Shown here one piece after another: positions 36,550 to 46,130 of a stretch of 64,000 bases of DNA (position 1 is the stretch's first letter; each line of letters begins with the position of its first letter). Under the pieces are notes generated by a model, which searched no databases, had not been told where the DNA came from, and saw nothing but the letters and a program-made list of their open reading frames with translations. Made by a program: the position numbers and the translations under genes. The stretch comes from Parcubacteria group bacterium Gr01-1014_30 (GTDB taxonomy: Bacteria > Patescibacteriota > Minisyncoccia > Minisyncoccales > 2-12-FULL-40-12). The stretch lies in NCBI GenBank assembly GCA_007376185.1, contig VMFS01000001.1:94206-158205 (forward strand), written 5' to 3'.

Positions 36550-37665
36550 ATGTCAGAAGTAAATAACAATAATCGTATGAAGCAGACTTCTAACGGGGTG
36601 AAGTTTTTTGTAACACTGTTTATTATTACATCGTTCATTTTCGTCGGAGGAAGTGCCATAGCCCAGGATCAGCAAGTGGCGTTGCCTTCAGCTGGTCTTA
36701 CCCCCGAAAGCTCCTTTTATTTTATTGACAGATTCGGAGAAGCACTGCGTGAGTTTTTCACTTTTAATCCAGATGGTAAAGCCCGCCTTCAGATCACTTT
36801 TGCCGCCGAACGAGTTGCCGAGATAAAAGTTATTCTTGAAACAAAGGGCGTTCAAGCGCCGGGCCTCGAAGTTGCCCAAAGCCGCCTGCAAGCGCATCTT
36901 GCTAATGCCGCCACCATCGTTACTGAACAAAAAGCAAAAGGAAAAGATGTGAGCCAACTTGCCAAAGAGCTGAACGATGAGTTTGGAAGTTCCAAAACCG
37001 CTCTTCGGCAAAGTTTCAAAGCAAAAGAGCGAGCATTAGAAACTCAAGAAAAAGATTTGAAAGCAAAAATCCGTGAAGCACGGATTGCCGGCGACGCCGC
37101 CCAAGTTGAGGCGTTAGTTAAGCAATTAGGAGAAGTCAAAGCGCAAAAAGACCTTTTGGAACTTAGAGAAAAGGAGCAGGAAGAAGCGTTAGAGCGGGAA
37201 GAAGAAAAGATTGAGCGGGAGATGGATAAAAAAGAGGATGCCCAAAAAGCCATAAAAGAAGCTGAAGAAGAAAAGCAGGAAGTATTGGATGAGGCCGCCG
37301 AGGAGGGTGTTGATGTTCCTGCAGAAGCGTTTGAAAAATTTGACCGCCTCCTTACTCAAGCCAAAGAACTCTTTGCCAAAGAGAACTATGTCGGCGCGAA
37401 ACAATTAGCCAAGCAGGCAGAAAAAAGCCTTGAAAAAGTAGAGGAGGCAATTGAAGATTTGGAAGAAGCAAAAGAGAAAGAGGAAGAATTAAAAGAGGAA
37501 CAAGAGGAGAAAGAGCGCGAGGCTAAAGAAGAGCAGGAAGAAAAAATAAAGGAAGAGGCGGAAAAGGAAGCCGAACGATTAGAAAAAGAAAGAGAAAAAG
37601 CCGAAGAGGATGCGCGTAAAGCCGAAGAGAGATTGCGTGAAGCAGGAAATGAAGACGAAGATTAA
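36550..37665 (+). CDS. DUF5667-like exported protein with long Glu/Lys coiled-coil tail
   Basis: Signal peptide, 'AGLTPESSFYFIDRFGE...F.FNP..KA.L...A.ER.AE', E/K-rich C-terminus. Confidence 0.8.
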   Translation: MSEVNNNNRMKQTSNGVKFFVTLFIITSFIFVGGSAIAQDQQVALPSAGLTPESSFYFIDRFGEALREFFTFNPDGKARLQITFAAERVAEIKVILETKGVQAPGLEVAQSRLQAHLANAATIVTEQKAKGKDVSQLAKELNDEFGSSKTALRQSFKAKERALETQEKDLKAKIREARIAGDAAQVEALVKQLGEVKAQKDLLELREKEQEEALEREEEKIEREMDKKEDAQKAIKEAEEEKQEVLDEAAEEGVDVPAEAFEKFDRLLTQAKELFAKENYVGAKQLAKQAEKSLEKVEEAIEDLEEAKEKEEELKEEQEEKEREAKEEQEEKIKEEAEKEAERLEKEREKAEEDARKAEERLREAGNEDED

Positions 37666-37697
37666 TTTTTAGAGATATTTTCAAACAGACATCGCCC

Positions 37698-37725
37698 TTG
37701 ACAGCGTTATACCAGAGTATATACT
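37698..37725 (+). promoter_or_regulatory. Promoter of the toxin-antitoxin operon
   Basis: TTGACA-N16-TATACT just before the antitoxin. Confidence 0.55.
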
Positions 37726-38010
37726 ATGGTTAGTATGGAGAAAACAATACTTAACGTTAAAACCGATAAAAAATTGAAGGAAGCTGCGCAAAAAGCCGCA
37801 CAGGAGCTTGGCTTGCCTCTTGGCACCATAGTTAACGCCTACCTTCGTGAGTTGGCGCGCGAAAAAAGAATACTATTTTCCGTTCCTCCCGTGCCAAATC
37901 TGCGATTACAAAGGCTCTTAAAAAAGGTTAGAAAAGAAACGAGTAAAAGCAGGAGACGCGCGAAGCCATTTACTTACGAGGAGGCAGTTAAATATCTGGA
38001 TAGATTATGA
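37726..38010 (+). CDS. RelB/DinJ-family antitoxin
   Basis: KTILNVKTDKKLKE.AQ..A.ELGLPL..IVNAYLR RHH pattern; start may be 37735. Confidence 0.85.
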   Translation: MVSMEKTILNVKTDKKLKEAAQKAAQELGLPLGTIVNAYLRELAREKRILFSVPPVPNLRLQRLLKKVRKETSKSRRRAKPFTYEEAVKYLDRL

Positions 38011-38267
38011 AAGTTAGCTTTCATAACCGTTTCAATAAAAGTTATAAGAGATGTCCCGCAAAAGTTCAGAAACAATTTAAGAAACGGCTCAAGTCATTCC
38101 TTGAAAACCCGTATAATCCTTTATTAGAAAACCATGCGCTCGGAGGCGACTGGCAGGATTTTCGCAGCATCAACGTAACCGGGGATTATCGCGCCCTCTA
38201 TTATCATTTGGTAGACGACACTGTAGAATTTTTTATAATTGATACGCACAGCAATTTGTACGGGTAG
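38007..38267 (+). CDS. RelE/YafQ-family mRNA interferase toxin
   Basis: F.KSYK, L.NHAL.G, RSINVTGDYRA, IDTHSNLY; ATGA overlap with the antitoxin. Confidence 0.88.
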   Translation: MKVSFHNRFNKSYKRCPAKVQKQFKKRLKSFLENPYNPLLENHALGGDWQDFRSINVTGDYRALYYHLVDDTVEFFIIDTHSNLYG

Positions 38268-38471
38268 AAGGTTAAAGGAATAAAAAATTCCTTCACCCAA
38301 ATTTTTGCTCCATTTCATTCCGCAAAAACTTCGCATACTCTTAAACGTTATATCAAAAAGAATTTGCCGCCAAAGAAAAACTTGTGGTTCGACAAGCTCA
38401 CCATCCTGAACGAAGTTGAAGGAAAATTGTTAATGTCCGCCTCTGGTTGTTATGGTATACTTTAAAATAAT

Positions 38472-38771
38472 ATGATTCAATCATACCAAAACAGCGCAAG
38501 AAAAGCAGGATTCACATTCCTGCTCTTAAACTTAATTGCACTTATTTTAGCTCGCCAGCATATATGGCTTTGGCTTAGGATCAATCCTCTGGGTAAAGTA
38601 TTTTTGGCCGCAATAATTATTAGTGCTTTTGTTTGGTATTATAACTTTGCAAAAGCCAAAGGATACTCCGGTTGGCTTTCGCTCTTAGGCTTGTTGCACC
38701 TAGTAGGTTTTATTATTATTTTGTTATTACCCGATAAAACCAAACAATTAAATTCTACTGTCAAGCAATAA
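38472..38771 (+). CDS. Small membrane protein
   Basis: Three hydrophobic segments; 'AKAKGYSGW...LLLPDK'. Confidence 0.7.
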   Translation: MIQSYQNSARKAGFTFLLLNLIALILARQHIWLWLRINPLGKVFLAAIIISAFVWYYNFAKAKGYSGWLSLLGLLHLVGFIIILLLPDKTKQLNSTVKQ

Positions 38772-38777
38772 GTTCCT

Positions 38778-40019
38778 ATGAAAAAAGTTTTAATTATCGG
38801 CGTTTTTGTCATTTTAGCCCTTGTCGCATTGGGTTTGATTGGCAACATAAGAAAGGGGGAAGAACTTACTCCTGAACCGACACCTTCTCCAACACCAACA
38901 CCAGCTGATAGTTCCGTACCGACTCCAACCCCAACTCCTATTAAAGGAGCCCAGAACGACAGAATAGAAAGTATGAGAGTTATTCTTGAGGAAGGCGCCC
39001 GGCCAAGATTTTCGCCTGATGGCCAGTATTTTCTCTTTGACCGCAGGAATAGTAACGACCTTTATGCCGATCTTTATGTTTCTGATTTAAACGGCGGGAT
39101 AGTTACCAGATTAACTGAAGGGCGGGAAGGAGTAAACCAGCGCAATAACGGCAATGGTGTATATCATTCAAGTAAGAATTATATTATCTTTATTTCTGAA
39201 GAATCAGGCCACTACTTGGATGACGACAAGTGGTTGGCTGATCCCGGAATTGGTCTTTTTTCTAACCTTTACGCCACCGATTTTTCTGGAAGCAGATTCT
39301 GGAAGCTTACCGATATTCCGATCAAGAAAGCATTAGGAGATGGGATTCCGGCTACGGCCACAGTCAACCCTCATTTCCTGAAAAACGGAACTCTAATCTG
39401 GACTGAACGCTACGCAGAAGGCGGAAATTTAAATTGGGGAAAATGGCGGCTAAAGGCGGCTGATTTTGTTGAAGAAAATGGAGTTCCCAAATTAATAAAC
39501 ACGCGGGTAGTATACACCCCGGCTAATGGAAATTATGTAACTTTCATGGGCGAGCTTGATTCGGACAACTGGGTTGTTTCCGGCAACCTTAACGGCCAGC
39601 ACGAATATGGAATGGACCAGTATGTCCTTAATATCAGAAATGGCTCGCTTAAAAATCTTACCAACACGCCCGAATACTGGGAAGAAGATTCAAGTCTTAC
39701 TCCAAGCGGCAAGATCGTCTATATGAGCAACATTGATTCGCAGTATAAGTTTGATTTTACCAAAGACTGGGTTATCCAGAAAGTGGAAAGGGATTACTAC
39801 ATAACCGACAGGAACGGCGGGCAAAAAGAAAGATTGACTTTCTTTAACGAGCCGGGTGCGGTGGAGAAATCAGAATATGCCATTCTATCCGTGGCTGCTG
39901 ATATCAGCCCTGACGGCAAGTATATGGCCGGAACAGTCGGAGTGCAATTCGGTGCAGGGAAAGATCGAGGGAGAATAGTCTTGAAAATAGTATTGATTAA
40001 GTTTAAAAATCCGTTTTAA
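38778..40019 (+). CDS. Membrane-anchored TolB-like beta-propeller, paralog of 33764-34921
   Basis: TM + PT linker; FSPDG, LKNLTNTPEYWEE, RLTFFNEPG (compare KVTHFNEPG in the paralog). Confidence 0.8.
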   Translation: MKKVLIIGVFVILALVALGLIGNIRKGEELTPEPTPSPTPTPADSSVPTPTPTPIKGAQNDRIESMRVILEEGARPRFSPDGQYFLFDRRNSNDLYADLYVSDLNGGIVTRLTEGREGVNQRNNGNGVYHSSKNYIIFISEESGHYLDDDKWLADPGIGLFSNLYATDFSGSRFWKLTDIPIKKALGDGIPATATVNPHFLKNGTLIWTERYAEGGNLNWGKWRLKAADFVEENGVPKLINTRVVYTPANGNYVTFMGELDSDNWVVSGNLNGQHEYGMDQYVLNIRNGSLKNLTNTPEYWEEDSSLTPSGKIVYMSNIDSQYKFDFTKDWVIQKVERDYYITDRNGGQKERLTFFNEPGAVEKSEYAILSVAADISPDGKYMAGTVGVQFGAGKDRGRIVLKIVLIKFKNPF

Positions 40020-40024
40020 AATAA

Positions 40025-40654
40025 ATGCGCCTTCTAAAATCACAATTTGGATTAACATTCTCGCTTCTATACATTTTTGGGAGTGTATACCTAATAGCTA
40101 CACAAGGGCTATTCGGGGAAAGTTTTATCGCTGTTACTCTTGGATTGCCCTGGAGTTTTATTTTGGTCTTATCTCGCATTAGTGTTCCTGTATATATTTA
40201 TGTCCTTGCGCCCATAGTTTTAAATATAATTCTTCTGTACTATCTTGGCGTTGGCATTCAGAAGTTACTTCCCATAAAGTACAAAGTAGCGGGAATAATA
40301 GTCGCTGGTTTCATATTTGGTTCAATCATCTTATCTTTTGTTGTTTCCCTTGGATTTAAGGGTGTGCCAATCTTCGAAAGTCTAGCGCCGTTAGGTGCGC
40401 CTGGAATGTTTGTTTCCGAACAGTTGATTACGACGAAAGAGGGTTCTAACACTCGACTGATAATTAATCCGGGCAATGACGCAGCGAAATCAATCCAAGA
40501 CTTGATACAACAGAGACAAGGAAAGCCAACCCCTCTTGCTTGGATCGTAATAACGATTATCAATGGAATAGTCTACTCATTTCTATTCTGGCTCTTTTAT
40601 CTTTTAGCGGGCAGAATGGTTAGTAATGCGTATATCGGTGCTGAAGGTGTATAG
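40025..40654 (+). CDS. Hypothetical multi-pass membrane protein
   Basis: Several hydrophobic helices; follows the previous gene by 5 bp. Confidence 0.7.
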   Translation: MRLLKSQFGLTFSLLYIFGSVYLIATQGLFGESFIAVTLGLPWSFILVLSRISVPVYIYVLAPIVLNIILLYYLGVGIQKLLPIKYKVAGIIVAGFIFGSIILSFVVSLGFKGVPIFESLAPLGAPGMFVSEQLITTKEGSNTRLIINPGNDAAKSIQDLIQQRQGKPTPLAWIVITIINGIVYSFLFWLFYLLAGRMVSNAYIGAEGV

Positions 40655-40738
40655 AATATTCGATGATAAAAACAAAAAGCAATAAGTATAAATTTGCCGC
40701 CAAAGCACAAAATTTGAGCAATTTCAAGAATACACCGC

Positions 40739-41404
40739 TTATTCTCTTGCTACAGTTATTCCCCAAACCTCTTTGGCGCCGCTTTCTTTTAAAACACGGG
40801 CGGCTTCTTCCATGGTTGAGCCGGTTGTGAAAACGTCGTCAACCAGAAGAACAGTTTTCTTTTTTATTGCCTCGGCATTTTCGCAAAAGAAAACGTCCTT
40901 GACGTTTTGAATTCTTTCCTGTTTTGATAACTCTACTTGCGGCATAGTTTCTTTTGTTTTTAGCAAAACGTTATTTACTAGAGGCACTTTCAATTGTTTG
41001 GACAATTCTCTGCCGATTTCTTCTGCTTGGTTGAAACCTCGCTGTCTTAACCGTTTTCGAGTCAAAGGAATTGGTATGATTAGGATTTGCCCCCCACCGC
41101 TTTTGGCCAAAAGCGGTGGGGGGTATTCGGTTTGTTCAAACTGATGTATAATTAAACCGGCCAGAGTTGAAGCCAGATCCTTGACAAACGGGTTGTACTT
41201 AAATTGCGCGATTAGTTTTTTTACTATAAAATTATTGTAAGGCGAGGCGGAGATTAGCAATTTCAGGTTTTTGGATTTATAATGAGAGCGGGGGAGAAAT
41301 TCAATCATTGCAAAACAATCCTCGCACAAATAGCTTCTTTCTTTCTGACAATTTTGGCAGAACTTTGGAAAGAATAAATCCGCAAGAAAGGTTTTGAGCG
41401 ACAT
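40739..41404 (-). CDS. comF: Competence protein ComF (zinc finger + PRTase)
   Basis: FPKFC..C...LC..C, PIPL...RLRQRGFNQA, LLVDDVFTTGST. Confidence 0.95.
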   Translation of the reverse strand: MSLKTFLADLFFPKFCQNCQKERSYLCEDCFAMIEFLPRSHYKSKNLKLLISASPYNNFIVKKLIAQFKYNPFVKDLASTLAGLIIHQFEQTEYPPPLLAKSGGGQILIIPIPLTRKRLRQRGFNQAEEIGRELSKQLKVPLVNNVLLKTKETMPQVELSKQERIQNVKDVFFCENAEAIKKKTVLLVDDVFTTGSTMEEAARVLKESGAKEVWGITVARE

Positions 41405-41439
41405 TGAAATATCTTAACATTTAGCTTTCGAGTTCGGAA

Positions 41440-41448
41440 TGGTATAAT
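41440..41448 (+). promoter_or_regulatory. Extended -10 promoter of the pil operon (probably leaderless)
   Basis: TGGTATAAT ending 7 bp before the pilM ATG. Confidence 0.55.
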
Positions 41449-41455
41449 GTAATCT

Positions 41456-42538
41456 ATGGCATGGTTTTCTTTTAAAAAGAAGCGGAGAAGTTTTTTGGGC
41501 GTAGATTTTGGAACTTCCTCGGTAAGGGTTGTTGAATTGGCAAGAAGAGGGCAATCAGTGCACCTGCAAAACTACGGAGAGGTTGCGGCATCGGATATTC
41601 AAAAGTCGCCCCCTGGAACCATCACAAGCGATTCCTTGCTGTTTTCAAGCCGAGAAATGGCGGGAGCGGCCGAAGCGATCATAAGAGAAGCAGGAATTGC
41701 AACGAGAGAGGTTAACTTTCCCATACCGGATTTTTCAAGCTTTTTCACCAGTTTTGAGTTGCCCTCTATGAGTCCTAAAGAGTTAGAGCAGGCGATTTTC
41801 TACGAAGCAAGGAGCTACATTCCTCTTCCTCTATCTGAAGTAACCCTTGACTGGCAGGTTGAAGGAGGAGTTGTTGGGAAAAGAAGTCCTTTAATAAAGG
41901 TCCTGGTGGCGGCAGTACCGAACGACGTGATCGAACAGTACCAGCAAATTGCCGCCTTGTCTGGTTTGCAGATGAAGTCGCTGGAAGTAGAAGTGTTCGC
42001 TTTGCAAAGAGCGCTTGCCAGAGGAGAAAGCGGAACAATAGCGATCCTTGACATAGGGGCGAGGAGCACAACCTGCAACATCTTTGAGAATGGAGAGTTG
42101 AAAACTAGTCACAGCTTTAATGTATCTGGAAACGATTTAACAGAAATTTTAAGCAGGGCTCTCAAAATAGGTTATCAGGATGCCGAAAATATCAAAAAAG
42201 AGCAAGGAATTACTGGTTTTCAGGGGGCCGAAAAAGAAGCCAGAGAAATTTTGCTTCCCGTTGTTGATTCAATTTTGGAAGAAACGAAAAAAATTTTCCG
42301 AACTTTTAACAACAATCAGAAGAAAGGTGTAGAAAAGGTAATCTTGGCCGGCGCCACGGCTGTAATGCCGGGTTTGAAGGAATATTTTCTTGAGGAGTTA
42401 AACCCGCAAAAAATAGAGGTCCAAATTGCCGACCCCTTTAAAAAAGTATCCTGTCCCCAGATTTTAGAAGATATGCTAAAGGAGATGGGGCCTGTCTACG
42501 CGGTAGCCGTGGGTTCTGCCCTAAAAGGACTGGAATAA
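41456..42538 (+). CDS. pilM: Type IV pilus assembly protein PilM
   Basis: LGVDFGTSS, EA..YIP.P..EV.LDW, LDIGA..T, actin-like fold; first gene of the pil cluster. Confidence 0.92.
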   Translation: MAWFSFKKKRRSFLGVDFGTSSVRVVELARRGQSVHLQNYGEVAASDIQKSPPGTITSDSLLFSSREMAGAAEAIIREAGIATREVNFPIPDFSSFFTSFELPSMSPKELEQAIFYEARSYIPLPLSEVTLDWQVEGGVVGKRSPLIKVLVAAVPNDVIEQYQQIAALSGLQMKSLEVEVFALQRALARGESGTIAILDIGARSTTCNIFENGELKTSHSFNVSGNDLTEILSRALKIGYQDAENIKKEQGITGFQGAEKEAREILLPVVDSILEETKKIFRTFNNNQKKGVEKVILAGATAVMPGLKEYFLEELNPQKIEVQIADPFKKVSCPQILEDMLKEMGPVYAVAVGSALKGLE

Positions 42539-42563
42539 AAAATCCCATACTTGAACTACCAAT

Positions 42564-43088
42564 ATGGCTATAGAGGCATTTCCAAAATCAAAAATTAGAG
42601 AAGTTCACTGGCCGAAAACTTTTTCATATATTCTTACGGGCGCATTTTTGATTCTTCTTTCAAGCTACTTCATTTTGATTTTTCTTCAAGCACGCCTGAC
42701 CGATGAGCTGTCGGTGTTGGAAAGGAAACTCGAAAGGACGCAAGATGAGACAGAGTTGGAGAAAAACGTGCTTGACGCCAAGAAACGCATTGAGGACTGG
42801 AAGTTTCTGATAACGCATCACACCATGCCCTTTAACGTCTTTGAACTTTTGCAGTCAAGGACTCATCCTGAAGTTTGGTTTACCGATTTTATGCTGGACA
42901 CAGGGAATTCTTTGATGTCGCTTGGAGGCAGAGCGGAGAGCTTTGAAGTTTTGAGCCAGCAGCTCAAAATTTTTGAAAGCGAGGAGTCATTTCGCGGCAT
43001 GAATTTATCAAACATTACGGTTGTTAAAGGAGGGGAAGTAATGTTTGATCTGCAGCTTCAACTTGACCCAAGCGTTTTTAAACAATGA
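42564..43088 (+). CDS. PilN-like protein
   Basis: TM + coiled coil + ferredoxin-like C-terminus; follows pilM. Confidence 0.75.
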   Translation: MAIEAFPKSKIREVHWPKTFSYILTGAFLILLSSYFILIFLQARLTDELSVLERKLERTQDETELEKNVLDAKKRIEDWKFLITHHTMPFNVFELLQSRTHPEVWFTDFMLDTGNSLMSLGGRAESFEVLSQQLKIFESEESFRGMNLSNITVVKGGEVMFDLQLQLDPSVFKQ

Positions 43089-43621
43089 ACAGACCCATTC
43101 TTTACATTGCTCTTATGTCTTTGCTGCTTGTTTTGGGAGTGATATTTTTTTGGCAGCCAAAGTACAGAGACTTTACAGGGCTGCGGCTTCAAGTAAGCGC
43201 CAAAGCGCAGGAACTGTCCAGCAAAGTAGAGTACTTTTCGCGACTAGAGGATTCATTTGCCAGGATTTTGAAGTTTGACTCGGAGGTTGCTAAAGTTGAA
43301 TCGGCTCTTCCCGAGTCCCAAGACATCCCCGAGACAATCAACTTCATTTCCAGCGTCAGTTTTACTTCGGGCTTGTTGCTGCAAGCTTTGGACATTGGCA
43401 AGACGGCTCCCTTGACCGAGGATTCCTCAATTCTGAAAACCGAGATTACTTTTTCGCTTTTAGGGACTTACTCCGCATTCAAGGGTTTTCTGTCGGAACT
43501 TCAAAACAGCGCCAGGTTGATTGCGGTCCAAGAGGCGTCTTTTAAGCAACAGGGCGGAGAGGCAACCGAGATTTTCTTATTCAATCTAAAAGTAAGGACG
43601 CAGTCGTACCAAGGTTTATAA
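43085..43621 (+). CDS. pilO: PilO-like protein
   Basis: TM, coiled coil, ALP, G.Y..FK.FL..LQ.S.RLI.V. Confidence 0.8.
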   Translation: MNRPILYIALMSLLLVLGVIFFWQPKYRDFTGLRLQVSAKAQELSSKVEYFSRLEDSFARILKFDSEVAKVESALPESQDIPETINFISSVSFTSGLLLQALDIGKTAPLTEDSSILKTEITFSLLGTYSAFKGFLSELQNSARLIAVQEASFKQQGGEATEIFLFNLKVRTQSYQGL

Positions 43622-43624
43622 GCT

Positions 43625-43900
43625 ATGGCCACTTTTATTGAAGAAAAGAAAAAACAACGACGACTTGTTTACATTTTGATAGCGTTGACTACGATTACGG
43701 CTTTTGTTTTGTGGTACGGTTTTATCCGCAGGCCTCTGAGTCAGCCCTTGGAGATAGCCGTATTTCCTGCTCTTTTGGGGGTGGCGCAGATTGACTTTTC
43801 CGTTTTGGAAAACCCAATTTTGCAGCAACTTCGCCCTTTTGAAGAAGTGACTCCTTTTGATGGCGTTTTGGGAAGAGAAAACCCGTTTATACCATATTAG
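43625..43900 (+). CDS. Small membrane protein of the pil cluster (PilP-like position)
   Basis: Single TM; C-terminal GRENPF. Confidence 0.7.
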   Translation: MATFIEEKKKQRRLVYILIALTTITAFVLWYGFIRRPLSQPLEIAVFPALLGVAQIDFSVLENPILQQLRPFEEVTPFDGVLGRENPFIPY

Positions 43901-43965
43901 AATTTCATCATTTCATCATGGCATCGTGATTAAATGTTGAAATGATTAAATGTTGATATGTTTCC

Positions 43966-45696
43966 ATGACTTTAGTTCAGCAATTAGTCAAAAAAGGGTT
44001 GCTGGAAAAAGACAAAGCTGTTCCTCTTGAATACGAAATTAAAAATTCCGGCAAAAAAGAAGAGGAGGTAATTTTGGAAAAAAGAGTAGTGTCAGAAGCC
44101 TTTCTCTTCGGTTTGAAAAGCGAAAACCTTAAAATCCCTCTGAGAAAAGTTGACCCAGAAACTGTTCCTTTAAGAGTGCTGGAAGTAATACCCGAGGATT
44201 CGGCCCGTTTTTACCGCTTCATACCCATTGCCAAAAAGGACAATGCCCTTCAAGTGGGCATGGTTTATCCCGAAGACATAAAAGCGCAAGAAGCGCTTGA
44301 GTTTTTGGCTAGACGGCAAAAACTCTCGTATCAAGTCTTTTTAATAACTTTATCCAACTTCAACGACCTTTTAAAAAAATACCGCACCCTCAAAGGGGAA
44401 GTAACCAAGGTTCTTGAGGAACTGGAAACGGAATTCAAAGAAGAGAAAGCTGGAGAAAAACCAGTTGCCGTTTCGGAGTTTGAAAGAATGGCCGAAGAAG
44501 CGCCCATTTCAAAAGTCGTGGCGGTGCTCTTGCGCAACGCGGTTGACGGGGAGGCCTCCGACATCCACATTGAGGCGACCAAAGAGAAAATAAGAGTCCG
44601 CTTTCGTTTGGACGGCATTCTGCATGCCTCAATTTTTCTGCCCTTGAGAATTCTGCCGGCCGTGGTGTCAAGAGTTAAAATCTTGTCAAACTTGAAAATA
44701 GACGAAACCAGGGTTCCTCAAGACGGCAGATTTACCGCAAGGATAGCCGGCAGAGACATTGACTTCAGGGTGTCAACTTTCCCGACTATCGTCGGAGAAA
44801 AAGTTGTTATGCGCATTCTTGACTCGGCAAAAGCCATCGTTAACATAAGAGACCTTGGGCTGTCGGAAAGAAACTTGAAAACCATTAATAAGGCTATAAA
44901 AAAACCGTACGGCATGATTCTGACGACTGGGCCCACGGGAAGCGGGAAAACCACTACCCTTTATTCCATTTTGAGGATTTTAAATAAAGAAGGCATCAAC
45001 ATTACAACCCTGGAAGACCCCGTAGAATACTTTATTGAGGGCGTGAACCAGTCGCAGGTGAGGCCTGAGATAGGGTATGAGTTTGCCACCGGATTGCGGC
45101 ACATAGTGAGGCAGGATCCGGACGTCATTATGGTTGGCGAAATTCGTGACGAAGAAACTGCTTCTTTAGCCATCCACGCCGCGTTAACAGGCCATATTTT
45201 GTTGTCCACGCTTCACACAAACAGCGCCATCGGAATAATTCCAAGGTTGGTTGACATAGGAATAAAGCCCTACCTCATACCTCCTACTTTCAGTTTAGGT
45301 ATCGCTCAGCGCTTGGTTAGGGTTTTATGCTCAAAGTGCAAAGAGAAAACTGTACCGAAAAAAGACATCAAGAATTTAATCTCGAAAGAAATTGAAAGCT
45401 TGCCTCAAGCAGTAAAGCAGGACCTTAAACTTCCAAAAGCCATTTATATTTATGAACCGGTTGGCTGTAAAAAATGCGCAGATACAGGTTATTCGGGGAG
45501 AATCGGGGTTTACGAGGCCATGGAGATGACCGATGAACTTGCCGAGATAGCTTTGCACGAACCCTCTGAAGTCAAGCTTGAACAAGAGGCGAAACGCCAG
45601 GGTATGGTAACCATGAAGCAAGACGGAATTTTAAAGGTTGTTGTAGACGGAATAACTTCCGTTTCGGAAGTGCTTAGAATGGCGGAAGAAAAGTAG
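43966..45696 (+). CDS. pilB: Type IV pilus extension ATPase PilB
   Basis: N-terminal domain plus ASDIHIE, PQDGRF, GPTGSGKTTT, RQDPDVIMVGEIRD, two CxxC. Confidence 0.95.
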   Translation: MTLVQQLVKKGLLEKDKAVPLEYEIKNSGKKEEEVILEKRVVSEAFLFGLKSENLKIPLRKVDPETVPLRVLEVIPEDSARFYRFIPIAKKDNALQVGMVYPEDIKAQEALEFLARRQKLSYQVFLITLSNFNDLLKKYRTLKGEVTKVLEELETEFKEEKAGEKPVAVSEFERMAEEAPISKVVAVLLRNAVDGEASDIHIEATKEKIRVRFRLDGILHASIFLPLRILPAVVSRVKILSNLKIDETRVPQDGRFTARIAGRDIDFRVSTFPTIVGEKVVMRILDSAKAIVNIRDLGLSERNLKTINKAIKKPYGMILTTGPTGSGKTTTLYSILRILNKEGINITTLEDPVEYFIEGVNQSQVRPEIGYEFATGLRHIVRQDPDVIMVGEIRDEETASLAIHAALTGHILLSTLHTNSAIGIIPRLVDIGIKPYLIPPTFSLGIAQRLVRVLCSKCKEKTVPKKDIKNLISKEIESLPQAVKQDLKLPKAIYIYEPVGCKKCADTGYSGRIGVYEAMEMTDELAEIALHEPSEVKLEQEAKRQGMVTMKQDGILKVVVDGITSVSEVLRMAEEK

Positions 45697-45764
45697 ATTT
45701 TCTTCCTTAACTCTGCGCTTCGCTTGAGTGGCGGAAGAAAAGTAAATAACGCGATGCCAAATTC

Positions 45765-46130
45765 ATGAAAAGCATTTTGTTAGTAGAAGACGATCCATTT
45801 TTGATAGACATCTACAGCACCAAGCTGAAAGAGGCCGGTTTTTCAGTTGACGTGGCTCCCTCTGGCAAGGAGTGTTTGCAAAAACTCAAGCAAGAACTTC
45901 CCGACCTCTTGCTTTTAGACATAGTTTTGCCCGAAGTTGACGGCTGGGAAATTATAAGAAAAATCAAGGAAGACGCCAAACTCAAGGACTTAAAAGTCGT
46001 TGTTCTGTCAAATCTCGGGCAAAAGGACGAAGTTGAGAAAGGACTGGCCTTTGGCGCCGTAAAATACCTTATCAAAGCCCACTACACGCCGTCTGAAGTA
46101 GTTAACGCGATAAAAGAGATAACTGTATGA
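45765..46130 (+). CDS. Stand-alone response regulator receiver protein
   Basis: LLVEDD, LLDIVLP..DG, SN, YLIK. Confidence 0.92.
   Translation: MKSILLVEDDPFLIDIYSTKLKEAGFSVDVAPSGKECLQKLKQELPDLLLLDIVLPEVDGWEIIRKIKEDAKLKDLKVVVLSNLGQKDEVEKGLAFGAVKYLIKAHYTPSEVVNAIKEITV

Noticed and set aside
37100-37665. Glu/Lys-rich low-complexity stretch as a DNA repeat element
   Set aside because: Explained by a coiled-coil protein tail; no nucleotide-level repeat unit.
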